A DNA stretch of 64,000 bases from an uncultured Gemmatimonadales bacterium (GCA_963701965.1 OY969695.1:864001-928000), one strand, 5' to 3'; positions 38,120-48,938 are shown, counted from the stretch's first letter. Notes: generated by a model not told the origin, from the sequence alone. Numbers and translations: made by a program.

Positions 38120-41100
38120 ATGCGATTGACCAAGCTGGAGTTGCACGGGTTCAAGAGCTTCGCCGACCCGACGAACATGCTCTTCGAGCCCGGTGTCACT
38201 GCCATCGTCGGGCCCAACGGATGCGGGAAATCGAACGTCTCCGATGCCGTCCGCTGGGTGCTGGGCGAGCAGCGTATTCGTACGCTCCGCGGCGGCGCGA
38301 AGATGGACGAAGTCATCTTCCAGGGCTCGTCGGCGCGGCGCGCCGTCAACGTCGCCGAAGTGTCGTTGCACTTCGACAACACGGACGGGCAGCTCCCGAT
38401 CGCGTTTCGCGAGGTCGTGATCACGCGCCGGCTGAGCCGGTCGGGCGAGAGCGACTACTTCCTCAATCGGGCGCCCTGCCGCCTGCGCGACATCCAGGAC
38501 GTGCTGCGCGGCACGGGCCTGGCCGCCGATGCCGGCGTCGTCATCGAGAGCAAGATGATCGACGCCTTGTTGTCGGACCGGCCGGACGAGCGCCGCGAGC
38601 TGTTCGAGGAAGCGGCGGGCATCGGATTGTACCGCGACCGGCGGCGCAGCACCGAGCGGCGCCTGGAGGAGACGGCGGTCGATCTCAAGCGGCTCGACGA
38701 TCTGCTGAGCGAGGTGCAGACCCACGTGCGGTCGCTGGCCCGGCAACGACGCCGCGCAGAGCGGCACGCCGAGCTCATGGCGCGCCGACTCACGGTCGAG
38801 GTGACGCTGGCGCTGGGTGATCTCGAGGCCGCGGACGCCGGATTGGGCGCGATCGCGGCGACCTTGGAGCGCTTGGCCGACGCCGTGCCAGCGGCGCAAC
38901 AGGCGGTGACGGACGCCGAGCGCCGGCGCGAAGAGGCGCACGCGGCGCGCGCCGAGGCCGAGGGTCGCCGCACCGAGTTGGCGCGATTGGTCGGCGGTCT
39001 GCAGCAACGCGTGGCCGAGCGGCGCGGCGAAATCGCCGTCGCTGAAGAACGGCAGCGGAACACGGCGACGCGCCGCCAGCGCGCCGAAGATGAGCGGCGC
39101 GACGGCGACGTGTTGGGCCGCAAGGTTCGCGCGGATCGCGAGCAGGCCGACATCGACCGGTCGGCCGCCGAGGGCGACCTGTCCCGCGTGCGCGCCGAGC
39201 TGGCGTCGGCCGTGGCCGACGAAGAGCGTGCGCGGGCCGCCGTCGTCGCCGCGCGCGATGCGCTCGACCGCGGCGAAAAGGAATTGCGCGAGTTGCGCGA
39301 CCGCGTCGGACGGTTGGCGATCGAGCAGGCCGCGGCTCAGCGGGAGCATGGGGACGTTGGCGAGCGGGTGCGAGCCCTGGAGACGGAGCGCGAGTCGCTA
39401 CGCGACCGCGCGGCCGCGGTTTCGCGGGAGCTGGCCTCGGCGGCCGACGATTTGGCCGGGGTGACCGACACGGCCGCGCGCGCCGATACGGAGCTGGCGA
39501 CCGCGCGCGAAGCGCTGCACGTGGCGCAGTCCGCGGACGAGCGGTGCCGCGCGGCTGCCGCCCGCGGCGCCGACGCCGTGACGGCGCTCGGCGGCAAACT
39601 CTCGGCTCTGGAAGCGCTGGAGCGCGAGCGGGTCGGACTGGCCCCCGCGGCGGCGAAACTCCTGGGCGAGCGCGGGGGACGGTTTGGCGACGGCGCGGTG
39701 CTGGGTCCCCTCAGCGACTTCATCGTCGCCGATCAGGAAGCGGCGGTCGTGGTCGAGCGATTCCTGGGAGCGACGCTCCACGCGGTGGTCGTGCGCGATC
39801 GGAGCGTCGCCGACGCCGTGCGCGCGTGGCACGCCGAGACCAACCCGGGGCCGTTGCTCCTGTTGCCACTGGATGGCGCGGGCGCGGGCACCGACGCGTC
39901 GGGCCTCGCAGGTCGCGTGCGCGCCGAATCGGCCGTCGCCCAGTGGATCCGGGTCTTGTTGGGCGGTACGCGCGACTTGGGCGATGGGGCCGCGTTCGAG
40001 GATGGGCGGGGCGCGATCTGGCTGCCCGGCAGCGCCACGGGGCCGGGGCTCCTGCGGCGGCGCGGCGAGATCGCCGCGTCGCGCGAGGCATTGGCGGTCG
40101 CCGAGCGCGAGCGCGACGCCGCGGTGCAGGAGGCCGGCGCGGCGAGGGCCGTGTGGACCGATGCGCAGGCGCGGGCGGCCGCGGCCGCGGAGACGGCGTC
40201 GGCCGCACAGCAGGCGGCGCGGCGGGCCCACGAACATCGGGACGAGTGCGACCGTCGCCGGCAGCGCGCCGAGCGCGACCTGAGCGACGCCGCGACGCTC
40301 GCCGAGTGGCTGGACCAGCGCGCGCACGTGCTCGCCGAGCGGCTGGCGGCGCTGGCCGCGCAGACGGCGCAAGAACAAACCGCCCTCGTGGAGCGGGAAG
40401 GCGCGACCGGCGGCGCACGCTCGGCGGTCGATGCCGCTGTCGCCGAGCAGGAAGTGATCCGCGAGCGGCGGACGGCGGCGCAGGTCGCGGTCGCGCAGGC
40501 CGAGGCGCGGCTGCACGTCGCGGGCGACCGCGCGCGCCGGTTGACCGAGGAGCACACCGCCGCCGCCGGACGGCTGGAGGCGCTCGACGTGGAGTTGGCC
40601 GCCCTCTCGTCGGCCGACGCCGAGCTGGCGGCGCAGTTGGAAGCATGGCGCGTCGATCTCGCGGCGCGGGAGGGAACGCTGGCCGAGGCCCACGCGCAGC
40701 TCGCCGGCGCCGAGGGCGCGGTGGCGGCGGCCGACGAGGCGCTGTCCGGCGCCGAGCGCGCGTTGCACGATGGGCGCTTGACCGCCGATGCGTTGGCGAC
40801 CGATGCCCATCGCGCCGAGTTGGGGCGCGCCGAGTTGGTCGCGCGGCGCGCCGCTGTCCAGGATCGCATCGAGAGCGAGTGGCGGCGGCCCCTCGATGAG
40901 CTGAGGGCCCAGGTCGCGGCTGCCGAGGCGCCCGCGGAGATCGAGACGTTGCGCGCCGAGTCCGGGGAGCTGCGCGAGCAGTTGGCGGCGCTGGGACCGG
41001 TGAACATTCTGGCGATCGAGGAGCACGACGAGGAGCTCAAGCGTCTCGAGTTCCTGACCAAGCAGCGCACCGATCTCGCCGACGCGAAGAATTCGCTCCA

Positions 41101-41617
41101 ACAGGCGATCCGGGAGATCGACACCACGGCGCGCGGGCTCTTCCTCGACACCTTCACGCAGGTGCGGGAGAACTTCCGGCAGATCTTCATGACCCTGTTT
41201 GGCGGGGGCGAGTGCGATCTGCGTCTGGAGAATCCCGACGCCCCGCTCGACTGCGACATCGAGGTCCATGCGTCGCCCCGCGGCAAGCGCACCCAGCGCA
41301 TTCATCTCCTGTCGAGCGGCGAGCGGGCGCTGGTCGCCTTGTCGTTGCTGTTCGGTATATTTCTGACGAAACCAAGCCCGTTCTGCCTGCTGGACGAGGT
41401 CGACGCGCCTCTCGACGACCAGAACATTGGCCGCTTCGTGCGGATGCTGGTCGAGTTCAAGTCGAAGACGCAGTTCATCGTCATCACGCACAATCCGCGG
41501 ACGACGACCGAGGCGGCGGATGCCGTGTACGGCATCACGATGCAGGAACCGGGCGTGTCCTCGCTGGTCGGGGTACGCTTACGTCAGGAGGCCGCGCTCG
41601 ACAGCGCGGCGGACTAG
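38120..41617 (+). CDS. smc: Chromosome partition protein Smc
   Basis: GFKSF, GPNGCGKSN, coiled coils and hinge, LSSGE, LLDEVDAPLD, ITH. Confidence 0.96.
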   Translation: MRLTKLELHGFKSFADPTNMLFEPGVTAIVGPNGCGKSNVSDAVRWVLGEQRIRTLRGGAKMDEVIFQGSSARRAVNVAEVSLHFDNTDGQLPIAFREVVITRRLSRSGESDYFLNRAPCRLRDIQDVLRGTGLAADAGVVIESKMIDALLSDRPDERRELFEEAAGIGLYRDRRRSTERRLEETAVDLKRLDDLLSEVQTHVRSLARQRRRAERHAELMARRLTVEVTLALGDLEAADAGLGAIAATLERLADAVPAAQQAVTDAERRREEAHAARAEAEGRRTELARLVGGLQQRVAERRGEIAVAEERQRNTATRRQRAEDERRDGDVLGRKVRADREQADIDRSAAEGDLSRVRAELASAVADEERARAAVVAARDALDRGEKELRELRDRVGRLAIEQAAAQREHGDVGERVRALETERESLRDRAAAVSRELASAADDLAGVTDTAARADTELATAREALHVAQSADERCRAAAARGADAVTALGGKLSALEALERERVGLAPAAAKLLGERGGRFGDGAVLGPLSDFIVADQEAAVVVERFLGATLHAVVVRDRSVADAVRAWHAETNPGPLLLLPLDGAGAGTDASGLAGRVRAESAVAQWIRVLLGGTRDLGDGAAFEDGRGAIWLPGSATGPGLLRRRGEIAASREALAVAERERDAAVQEAGAARAVWTDAQARAAAAAETASAAQQAARRAHEHRDECDRRRQRAERDLSDAATLAEWLDQRAHVLAERLAALAAQTAQEQTALVEREGATGGARSAVDAAVAEQEVIRERRTAAQVAVAQAEARLHVAGDRARRLTEEHTAAAGRLEALDVELAALSSADAELAAQLEAWRVDLAAREGTLAEAHAQLAGAEGAVAAADEALSGAERALHDGRLTADALATDAHRAELGRAELVARRAAVQDRIESEWRRPLDELRAQVAAAEAPAEIETLRAESGELREQLAALGPVNILAIEEHDEELKRLEFLTKQRTDLADAKNSLQQAIREIDTTARGLFLDTFTQVRENFRQIFMTLFGGGECDLRLENPDAPLDCDIEVHASPRGKRTQRIHLLSSGERALVALSLLFGIFLTKPSPFCLLDEVDAPLDDQNIGRFVRMLVEFKSKTQFIVITHNPRTTTEAADAVYGITMQEPGVSSLVGVRLRQEAALDSAAD

Positions 41618-41623
41618 GGGACC

Positions 41624-42649
41624 ATGCTCGTCGTCATGAAGCACGGCGCGCCACAGGTCGACATCGACCGCGTGGTGCGCACGATCGAAGAGATGGGGTA
41701 CCAGGCGGCGCCGATGCCGGGCGCGCAGCGCACGGCCGTCGGGCTCGTCGGCAACGATGGGCGCGTCGACAGCTCGCGCATCGAGGCGTTGCCCGGGGTG
41801 GCACAGGTCATCCACGTCACCCAACCGTACAAACAGGTCTCGCGCGAGTGGCGGCCGGAGAACACCCTGGTGACCATCGCGCCCGGCGTTGTCGTGGGCG
41901 GGCCGGCGGTGGTGGTCATCGCGGGCCCGTGCTCCGTCGAGAACGAAGACCAGATCATCGCGGCCGCGCGCGCCGTCCGCGCCGGCGGCGCGACGGCGTT
42001 GCGGGGGGGCGCCTTCAAGCCGCGCAGCTCGCCCTATGCGTTTCAAGGACTCGGCAAGAAGGGACTCGAGCTGTTGGCGCTGGCCAAACAGGAGACCGGG
42101 TTGCCGATCGTCACGGAAGCGATGGACGACGAGGGCGCCCATTTGGTGGCCGAGTACGGCGATTGCATTCAGATCGGTGCCCGCAACATGCAGAACTACT
42201 CGTTGCTCAAGACAGTGGGGCGGCTCGGCAAGCCCGTGTTGCTCAAACGCGGCATGGCGGCCACGGTGGCCGATTTGCTGCTCAGCGCCGAGTACGTTCT
42301 GGCCGAGGGGAATGGCCAAGTGATCCTGTGCGAGCGGGGCGTGCGGACCTTCGATCCGGCGGCACGAAATATGTTTGACTTGACGGCAGTGCCCACGGTC
42401 CATTCGCAGTCCCACCTGCCGATCATCGCCGATCCGAGCCACGGAACGGGCGCGCGCGACAAGGTCATCCCAATGGCCCGCGCCGCGCTGGCGGCCGGCG
42501 CCGACGGGATCATGGTCGAAGTCCACCCGACGCCGGACCGGGCCCTGTCGGACGGGGCCCAGTCGCTCTATCCCGAGCAATTCGCATCGTTGGTCGCCGA
42601 GCTGCGCCAGATCGCGCCGGCGATCGGCCGGACGGTCGCATGTCTGTAA
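41624..42649 (+). CDS. aroF: DAHP synthase type I-beta
   Basis: AGPCSVE, GGAFKPRSSPY, IGARNMQN, DPSHGTG. Confidence 0.95.
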   Translation: MLVVMKHGAPQVDIDRVVRTIEEMGYQAAPMPGAQRTAVGLVGNDGRVDSSRIEALPGVAQVIHVTQPYKQVSREWRPENTLVTIAPGVVVGGPAVVVIAGPCSVENEDQIIAAARAVRAGGATALRGGAFKPRSSPYAFQGLGKKGLELLALAKQETGLPIVTEAMDDEGAHLVAEYGDCIQIGARNMQNYSLLKTVGRLGKPVLLKRGMAATVADLLLSAEYVLAEGNGQVILCERGVRTFDPAARNMFDLTAVPTVHSQSHLPIIADPSHGTGARDKVIPMARAALAAGADGIMVEVHPTPDRALSDGAQSLYPEQFASLVAELRQIAPAIGRTVACL

Positions 42650-43320
42650 TCCGCACGGTCGTCGCGCTGGCCCTCGTCACGGGCGTCGCCCGCGGACAAT
42701 CCGTCGACGAAATTCTCAATCACGCCACGACGGCGTACCAGAAAGTCACGACGATCCGCGCCTCGTTCGACCAGACGCTCACCAGCGGACTGACCGGAGA
42801 TACGACGGCGGGCAAGGGTGAGATGACACAGCTCCGACCCAATTTTCTGTCGGTGCGCTTTACGGAACCGGCGGGCGATCGGATCGTCGCCGACGGCACC
42901 TGGCTCTGGGTCTACGCCCCGAGCGCCACGCCGGGGCAAGTCATCAAAATGCCGCTGGCCGCCAACAACGACGAGCCCAATGCGCCGGCGGTCGATTTCG
43001 TGCAGACCTTCATCTCGTCGCCGCGGGCCCACTTCGACGTCTCGCCCGGCAAGGCGGACAGCGTGGAGGGACACAAAGCACATACCGTCGTCCTCGTGCC
43101 CAGGAAACCCGGGCAGTATACCAAGGCGACGGTCTGGATCGACGACGACGACGGCGTGATCCGGCAGTTCGAGGTGGTGGATGGCACCGGAACGACCCGG
43201 CGTATCCGGTTCACGAAGCTGGCGTTCAATACGCCCGTCGACAAATCGGTGTTCGTCTACCGGCCGCCGAACGGCGTCAAAGTCGTCGATCGGCAGACCA
43301 TGCTCAACGGCTCGGGCTAA
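42640..43320 (+). CDS. lolA: Outer-membrane lipoprotein carrier LolA family
   Basis: Signal peptide, ASFDQ, RP, IVADGTWLWVY, F.YRPP.GV.VVD. Confidence 0.85.
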   Translation: MSVIRTVVALALVTGVARGQSVDEILNHATTAYQKVTTIRASFDQTLTSGLTGDTTAGKGEMTQLRPNFLSVRFTEPAGDRIVADGTWLWVYAPSATPGQVIKMPLAANNDEPNAPAVDFVQTFISSPRAHFDVSPGKADSVEGHKAHTVVLVPRKPGQYTKATVWIDDDDGVIRQFEVVDGTGTTRRIRFTKLAFNTPVDKSVFVYRPPNGVKVVDRQTMLNGSG

Positions 43321-44135
43321 CGCGGATCTCGGCGAGCGCGCGTTCGACTTCGTCGAATTGCGCGACGCTCGCCGTGCCGGCGCCGCGCGCCACCTCCAGC
43401 GCCACCCGCGAAGCGGCGACGTAGAGGTCCTGCAGCAGCGGATCCGAGGCCAGCGCCGCCGCGTTGCGGCGCACCGTGCCCGCGTCACCGCGCGACACCG
43501 GACCCACCAGCGCGCGTTCGGCCCCGAGTGCCGCCACGTTGGCCACGGACGCGAGCAGGAGGTGCAGCGCGGCGCCGTCCGCCGCCTCGGGTTCGACGCC
43601 CAGCTGTCGCAACTTTTCCTCGGCGGCGGCGAGCAACACCGCGGGGAAGTTCGACGCGAAGACAGCCGCGGCGTGGTAGCCCGCCTTGGCGCCCGGCGGA
43701 ATACGCAGCACGCGCGCGCCCAGCACCCGGGCCAGGCACTCCGCGGCCGCCACGGCCGGCGCATCGCCGTCCACGCCAATCCAGCCGCCCTTGAGTGTGG
43801 CGGCCGCGCGCTCGGGCGCGGCCAAGGGCGCGATCGGATGAAACGTCCCCGCCGGATGTCCGGCGGCGCGAAGGGCCTGCATCGCCTCGACGGGGTCCGT
43901 CGCGCCGCTGGCATGCAGGACCACGGCTCCAGGCTTCATCCCCGCCGCGCATCACATCGCCCAGGGCACCGGGCAGATCTCCGTCGCGTACCGTGACGAG
44001 CACGATGTCCGCGCGCGCGAAGCGCGCCGGGGGATCGTCGGGAGAGGGGCGGCCGAACAGGTCCACGGGCATCGCCGCGGCCCGCAGGGCCGCGGCGAGC
44101 GCCCGGCCGGCCCGGCCGGCGCCGAGGATCGCGAT
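43304..44135 (-). CDS. Rossmann-like plus DUF2520 protein (PanG-like); non-canonical start and frameshift near 43941
   Basis: IAILGAGRAG, LVTVRD, VLHASGA, FHP, YHAAAVFASNF, GPVSRGD. Confidence 0.8.
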
Positions 44136-45754
44136 TACTTGAGCGACGGTTTCCGCGCCTCGGCGCGCCGGAGCAGGTCCGCGGGTGAGGAGGATTGGCC
44201 GGCGAGATCGGCGGCCACAACGAAGACGGAGTCCCGTTTCGTCGCCCGCTCGAAGAGCCCGTCGGCGCCGAACACGTACCGCGTCACCTCGGTCCCCAGT
44301 TGCTGGTCGACGTACGCCGAGGCGGCGTCGTACGTCGGCCGGTCGAGCGTCACGCCCCGCGCGCGCAACCGGCGGAACAACTCCTCGCGCATGGCGGGCG
44401 TGACATCGAAATCGGGCGACGACAGCGCGTGCGTCCCCTCGAGCGACAGCGCGTACGCGGTCAGCGCGTCGCGGAACGCCGGCACCTTCGATCCGAGCGC
44501 GCTCTCGAACGCGGCCTGGGTCGCCGAGACGGCGGTGTCGCCGACGATCACATCCGGGGTGATGCCACCGCCGCCATAGACCGTGCGGCCGCCGGAGGTC
44601 CGGTACATCACGCGCGCCTTGGTCGTGTCGCCCGCCGTCGAGTCGCTGCCGCCATCGCCATCGTCATCCGGCTTGACGCGCGGCCGGTTGATGCTGCGTC
44701 CGGACGGCGTGTACCAGAGGGCCGTCGTCAGCTTGAGCGCTCCCCCGCCGACTTTGAACAGGGATTGCGCGCTGCCCTTCCCATACGTCGGCGTGCCGAC
44801 CAGGACCGCGCGGTCGTGATCCTGGAGCGCCCCCGCGACGATCTCCGCGGCGCTGGCCGTGCCCCGGTCGACGAGCAGCACGACCGGCATGCCCGGCCAG
44901 TGTTCCGGCGCGTGGTCGACGTACTGCTGGGTGGCGCCATCGGCGCGCCCGCGCAGACTGACCGTCGTATCGCTGGGCGAGAGGAACAGGTCGGAGACCT
45001 CGACTCCTTGGGCGAGGAGACCACCGGGGTCGTTCCGCAGATCAACCACCAGGGACCGCGCCCCGCGCGCGCGCAGGGAGTCCACGGCCCGTGTCAGCTC
45101 GCGCGCCGTGGAGTCGCTGAAGACGGTGACGTGCACGTACGCGACGCCGGGCTTGAGGAACGCCGCCCGCGGCACCGCCCGCACGTGGATCGCGCGGCGG
45201 GTGACGGTGAACGGGATGTGCGCCTCGACTCCGGGCCGCTCTACCGTGAGACGCACGGTCGACCCCGGGGCGCCGCGCATCGCCTTCGACGCCTCGTCCT
45301 GCGTCCACCCCTGGGTGCCCTGCCCGTCGACCTCGATCAGCCGGTCGCCGGTGCGAATGCCGGCGCGGTCGGCCGGGGAGCCCGGCACGGGAGCCAGGAT
45401 CGTGATCCACCCATCGCGGATGTCGATCTGCACGCCCAGCCCGACATACGACCCGTTGGTCGTTTCGTTGAGGCGCTCCAGGCGGTCGGCCGAGAGATAG
45501 GACGTGTGCGGGTCGCCGAGCTCGTACAACATGCCGGTCACCGCGGCGTGGTACACCGAGTCGTCGCCGACCGAGTCGACGAAGTCGCGGCGTACGTGAT
45601 CCGCGACCTGATCGAACAAGACGGCGCCGACGCGGGCACCGGGGCCGCGGGACAACGGACCGGCGCCCTGGCGCAGACCGTTCTCCAGGAACCACCCGCC
45701 GCACACCACGCCCAAGCCCAGCGTGCCGATGACCACCACTGCCCGTGACCGCAC
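44135..45754 (-). CDS. S41 C-terminal processing protease
   Basis: DPHT, PDZ domain, DLRNDPGG, TASAAEIVAGALQD, TYGKGSAQ. Confidence 0.95.
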   Translation of the reverse strand: MRSRAVVVIGTLGLGVVCGGWFLENGLRQGAGPLSRGPGARVGAVLFDQVADHVRRDFVDSVGDDSVYHAAVTGMLYELGDPHTSYLSADRLERLNETTNGSYVGLGVQIDIRDGWITILAPVPGSPADRAGIRTGDRLIEVDGQGTQGWTQDEASKAMRGAPGSTVRLTVERPGVEAHIPFTVTRRAIHVRAVPRAAFLKPGVAYVHVTVFSDSTARELTRAVDSLRARGARSLVVDLRNDPGGLLAQGVEVSDLFLSPSDTTVSLRGRADGATQQYVDHAPEHWPGMPVVLLVDRGTASAAEIVAGALQDHDRAVLVGTPTYGKGSAQSLFKVGGGALKLTTALWYTPSGRSINRPRVKPDDDGDGGSDSTAGDTTKARVMYRTSGGRTVYGGGGITPDVIVGDTAVSATQAAFESALGSKVPAFRDALTAYALSLEGTHALSSPDFDVTPAMREELFRRLRARGVTLDRPTYDAASAYVDQQLGTEVTRYVFGADGLFERATKRDSVFVVAADLAGQSSSPADLLRRAEARKPSLK

Positions 45755-46396
45755 TTACGCTCCCTCCCCGTCGGCTACCGCGGCCCAGATGCGGCCGGTG
45801 ACGTCGTCCACTGTCCCGCGGGCATCGATGCCGACGATCCGCCCGCATTCGGGATGTTCGCGCTGCCAAGCCTTCGTCAGAAACATACTGAATGCCGCGC
45901 CCACGCGTTCGTGGAAATCAATCCCCGAGCGCTCGATTCGGTCCCCGGCAGGCGGCGCGTCCGCGCGGCCCTCGCGTCGCGACTGCGCATCGCCGCCCGG
46001 CAACGCGAGCACGAGCGTAAGGTCTGGCACGATCCCGCGCGTGGCAAACGCGTTGATCCGCCGCACGTCGTCCTCCGGCAGCCCCCGGCCCGCGACCTGA
46101 TAGGCGTACGTGGACAGGAAATACCGGTCGAGCACGACGGTCCGTCCCGCGGCACGGTGCGCTGCCAACTCGGGGGTGAGCTGCGCCCGCGCCGCGAGAA
46201 AGAGCAACAGCTCGGCGCGGTCGTTGACCGCGCCGTCCGCGAGATGCAGCAACTCGACGCGAATGCGCTCGCCCAGCGGCGTCCCGCCCGGCTCCCGCAG
46301 CGAGACCGCGGGAACACTGCACTGCTGCAGACGATCGACGAGTCGGTGGGCCTGCGTCGTCTTCCCGACGCCGTCGGCCCCCTCGAGGACGATCAG
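45755..46396 (-). CDS. tmk: Thymidylate kinase (CTG start)
   Basis: CTG-IVLEGADGVGKTTQ, REPGGT, DRY..ST.AYQ; CTGA overlap with the ylbF-like stop. Confidence 0.93.
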   Translation of the reverse strand: MIVLEGADGVGKTTQAHRLVDRLQQCSVPAVSLREPGGTPLGERIRVELLHLADGAVNDRAELLLFLAARAQLTPELAAHRAAGRTVVLDRYFLSTYAYQVAGRGLPEDDVRRINAFATRGIVPDLTLVLALPGGDAQSRREGRADAPPAGDRIERSGIDFHERVGAAFSMFLTKAWQREHPECGRIVGIDARGTVDDVTGRIWAAVADGEGA

Positions 46397-46749
46397 CCGA
46401 GCGTGATGATGGAGCTGGTCGCGCCCTTGCGTATGCCGTCCAGGATCCAGTTGTTCACCCGCAACATGATCTTGTCGAAGTTCTCTTGCGCGGACACGGC
46501 ACGCTGATACACCGGCTTGCTCTGAATGGAGCCAAGCAATTCGTCCAACTGATGCTCCATCTCGGGCGTCGGGCTCTCGCCGCGCTCGATCAGTTGCTGG
46601 GCGTCCTGTCGGACGCGTTCCATCTGCTGCAACTGCGTCACCGCTTCGCGGTCGAGGTTCAGCGCTTCGTTGGCGCGCTTGACCGCTTGGTATTCCGAGC
46701 TCTGGCCGATCAGGCGGCCCAGCTCGACGGCTCTCTCTTCAAGATTCAT
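46393..46749 (-). CDS. YlbF/YmcA-like regulator
   Basis: A.ELGRLI.QSSEY pattern, all-helical, 118 aa. Confidence 0.7.
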   Translation of the reverse strand: MNLEERAVELGRLIGQSSEYQAVKRANEALNLDREAVTQLQQMERVRQDAQQLIERGESPTPEMEHQLDELLGSIQSKPVYQRAVSAQENFDKIMLRVNNWILDGIRKGATSSIITLG

Positions 46750-47614
46750 GGTTCGATCCCGTATGTGTTCGTCGCGCCAGCACGAACCGCTCCCGTCCCG
46801 CCAGATCCAGCCGCACGCGAATGCGCTCGTAACGTCCGTCCGCCAGCACGGTCTCGGCAGCGAGCGATGCCCGTCGCGCGTCGACCTCCAGCGCCAACAG
46901 CCCGCCGGGCTCCAAGAGGATCGCCGCATCCCGGACGATCGTCCGAATCGCCGCCATCCCCCCGTCACCGCTCAACAACGCGACGGGAGGCTCCCAGTCG
47001 CGCACCGACCGCTCCAGCGTGCGGGCTTCCTCGTAGGAAATGTAGGGCGGATTGGAGACGATCGCTGTCGCCCGGATGTCCTGAACGGGGGTCAGGAACG
47101 CGCCGATCCGCCACTCGACCGCGGCCCCAATCGCCTGTCCGTTCGCCGCCGCCACGTCCACGGCGCCCGTCGAGATATCGGTGCCCACGATCCGCTCAAA
47201 CCTCCCCTCGGCCGCCAGCGCCAGCGCGATCGCACCGGACCCGGTCCCGACATCGATCGCCGTGCCGCCCGGTTTTTCGCCCAACACGAGGTCCACCAGG
47301 AGCTCGGTCTCGGGCCGCGGAATCAGCACCCGTTCGTCGACCGCTAGCGTCAGGTGCCGGAATGCGGCCCGTCCCACCGCATACGCAAGCGGAGCGCCCG
47401 CGCGACGTTTGCGCCCGGCGGCCCGGGCGCGGGCCACCAACTCGGCCGGGGCCGGGTCCGCGGCGTGCGTCACGGGCCAGTGGCGCGGTTGGTCGACCAG
47501 AGCGGCCACGATGTCGCGCGCCTCGGCCTTGCCCACGTCCCGGGCCAGCGCATCGACGAGCGCGCCGATGCCAAGCGACTCAGCAACGGCGTCACCCATT
47601 CTCACCTGCGCCAT
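46739..47614 (-). CDS. prmC: Release factor glutamine methyltransferase
   Basis: [21 protein letters not shown]. Confidence 0.95.
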   Translation of the reverse strand: MAQVRMGDAVAESLGIGALVDALARDVGKAEARDIVAALVDQPRHWPVTHAADPAPAELVARARAAGRKRRAGAPLAYAVGRAAFRHLTLAVDERVLIPRPETELLVDLVLGEKPGGTAIDVGTGSGAIALALAAEGRFERIVGTDISTGAVDVAAANGQAIGAAVEWRIGAFLTPVQDIRATAIVSNPPYISYEEARTLERSVRDWEPPVALLSGDGGMAAIRTIVRDAAILLEPGGLLALEVDARRASLAAETVLADGRYERIRVRLDLAGRERFVLARRTHTGSNHES

Positions 47615-48672
47615 TGAGCCGCTCCTCGACGCTGGCGATCGAGAGTGCATTGACGAACGGATCGATCTCTCCATTCAGCACGTTGGTGACGTCATGCAGG
47701 GTGAGATTGACGCGATGATCGGTGACACGATTCTGCTGAAAGTTGTACGTCCGGATCTTCGCCGACCGGTCACCGGTGCCCACCTGCGTCTTCCGCATGC
47801 GCGACCGCGCGGCTTCCTGCTCCGCGATCCTGGCGTCGAGCAACCGCGCCCGCAGGACTTCCATCGCTTTGAGCTTGTTCTGGAGCTGCGACTTCTGGTC
47901 CTGCTGGCTGACGACAATACCGGACGGTAAGTGCGTGATCCGCACGGCCGAGTCGGTCGTATTCACACTCTGCCCGCCAGGCCCCGACGAGCGGAAGACG
48001 TCGATCCGAAGATCCTTGTCTTCGATCTTGATGTCGATCTCTTCGGCCTCGGGCAGCACGGCCACGGTCGCGGCCGACGTGTGGATGCGCCCCTGGGCCT
48101 CCGTGGCGGGCACCCGCTGCACGCGGTGCACGCCAGACTCCCAGCGCAGGGCGCCGAAGGCGCCCGTGCCGTCGACTTTCATGACGGCCTCTTTGATCCC
48201 CCCGAGCGTGCCTTCCGACAGCGACAGATACTCGGCACGCCAGCCACGGCGCTCGAATGTACCGGGTGTACATACGTTGCAGATCCGCGGCAAACAACGC
48301 CGCTTCGTCGCCCCCGGTGCCGGCCCGGATCTCGACGATCGCGGGGCGATCATCGAGCGGATCCGGGGGGACCAGGAGCGGCTGGAGGTCGGTCTCGATC
48401 GCCGGAATCGCCTCCTCGAGGCGGGCGACCTCCGTCCGGGCGAACGCCGCCATTTCGGGGTCCTCATTGGAAACGAGCTCGCGCGCCTGCACGAGCTCGT
48501 CATCCAATTTTTCGAGCCGATCCGCCAAAGCAACCACGGCGCTCAGCCGTTGGTGCTCCCGGCCCAGCGAACGCCGGGCGTTGGCGTCTCGCATGGTCTG
48601 CGGATCGAGTAACTCGCGCTCGACTTGAACCGCCCGGTCGAGCGCCTCCGCTAGACGGTCGCGGAGGCTCAG
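47592..48672 (-). CDS. prfA: Peptide chain release factor 1 (CTG start; frameshift near 48256)
   Basis: [17 protein letters not shown] (PxT), GGQ, IRTYNF; frames join as MYTRYIERRGW after removing one base at GAATG 48255-48259. Confidence 0.93.
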
Positions 48673-48872
48673 CTCGTCTTCCCGTACTTCTGCCGGAAGC
48701 GCTCAATGCGCCCGGCGGTATCCACGAGCTTCTGCTTGCCAGTATAGAACGGGTGGCAGTTCCCGCAAATATCGGTATGGATCTCCGCCTGGGTCGAGCG
48801 CGTCTCGAACGTGTTGCCGCACGCGCACGTGACCGTGGCGGTCGCGTATTCAGGATGAATATCGGTTTTCAT
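48669..48872 (-). CDS. rpmE: 50S ribosomal protein L31 (Zn-binding type)
   Basis: [19 protein letters not shown]. Confidence 0.97.
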   Translation of the reverse strand: MKTDIHPEYATATVTCACGNTFETRSTQAEIHTDICGNCHPFYTGKQKLVDTAGRIERFRQKYGKTS

Positions 48873-48938
48873 GGCAATGTCCTGTGGAAGCCGTCTGTAG
48901 CCGACGTAGCCGGTAATAATACCCAAAAGCCTGGCTAT

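Noticed and set aside
48241..48275. Programmed frameshift in the release factor gene (prfB-like)
   Set aside because: The gene is RF1 (PxT motif), has no CTT-TGA slip site or internal SD, and the lesion is the recurring CATC-to-CATTC insertion
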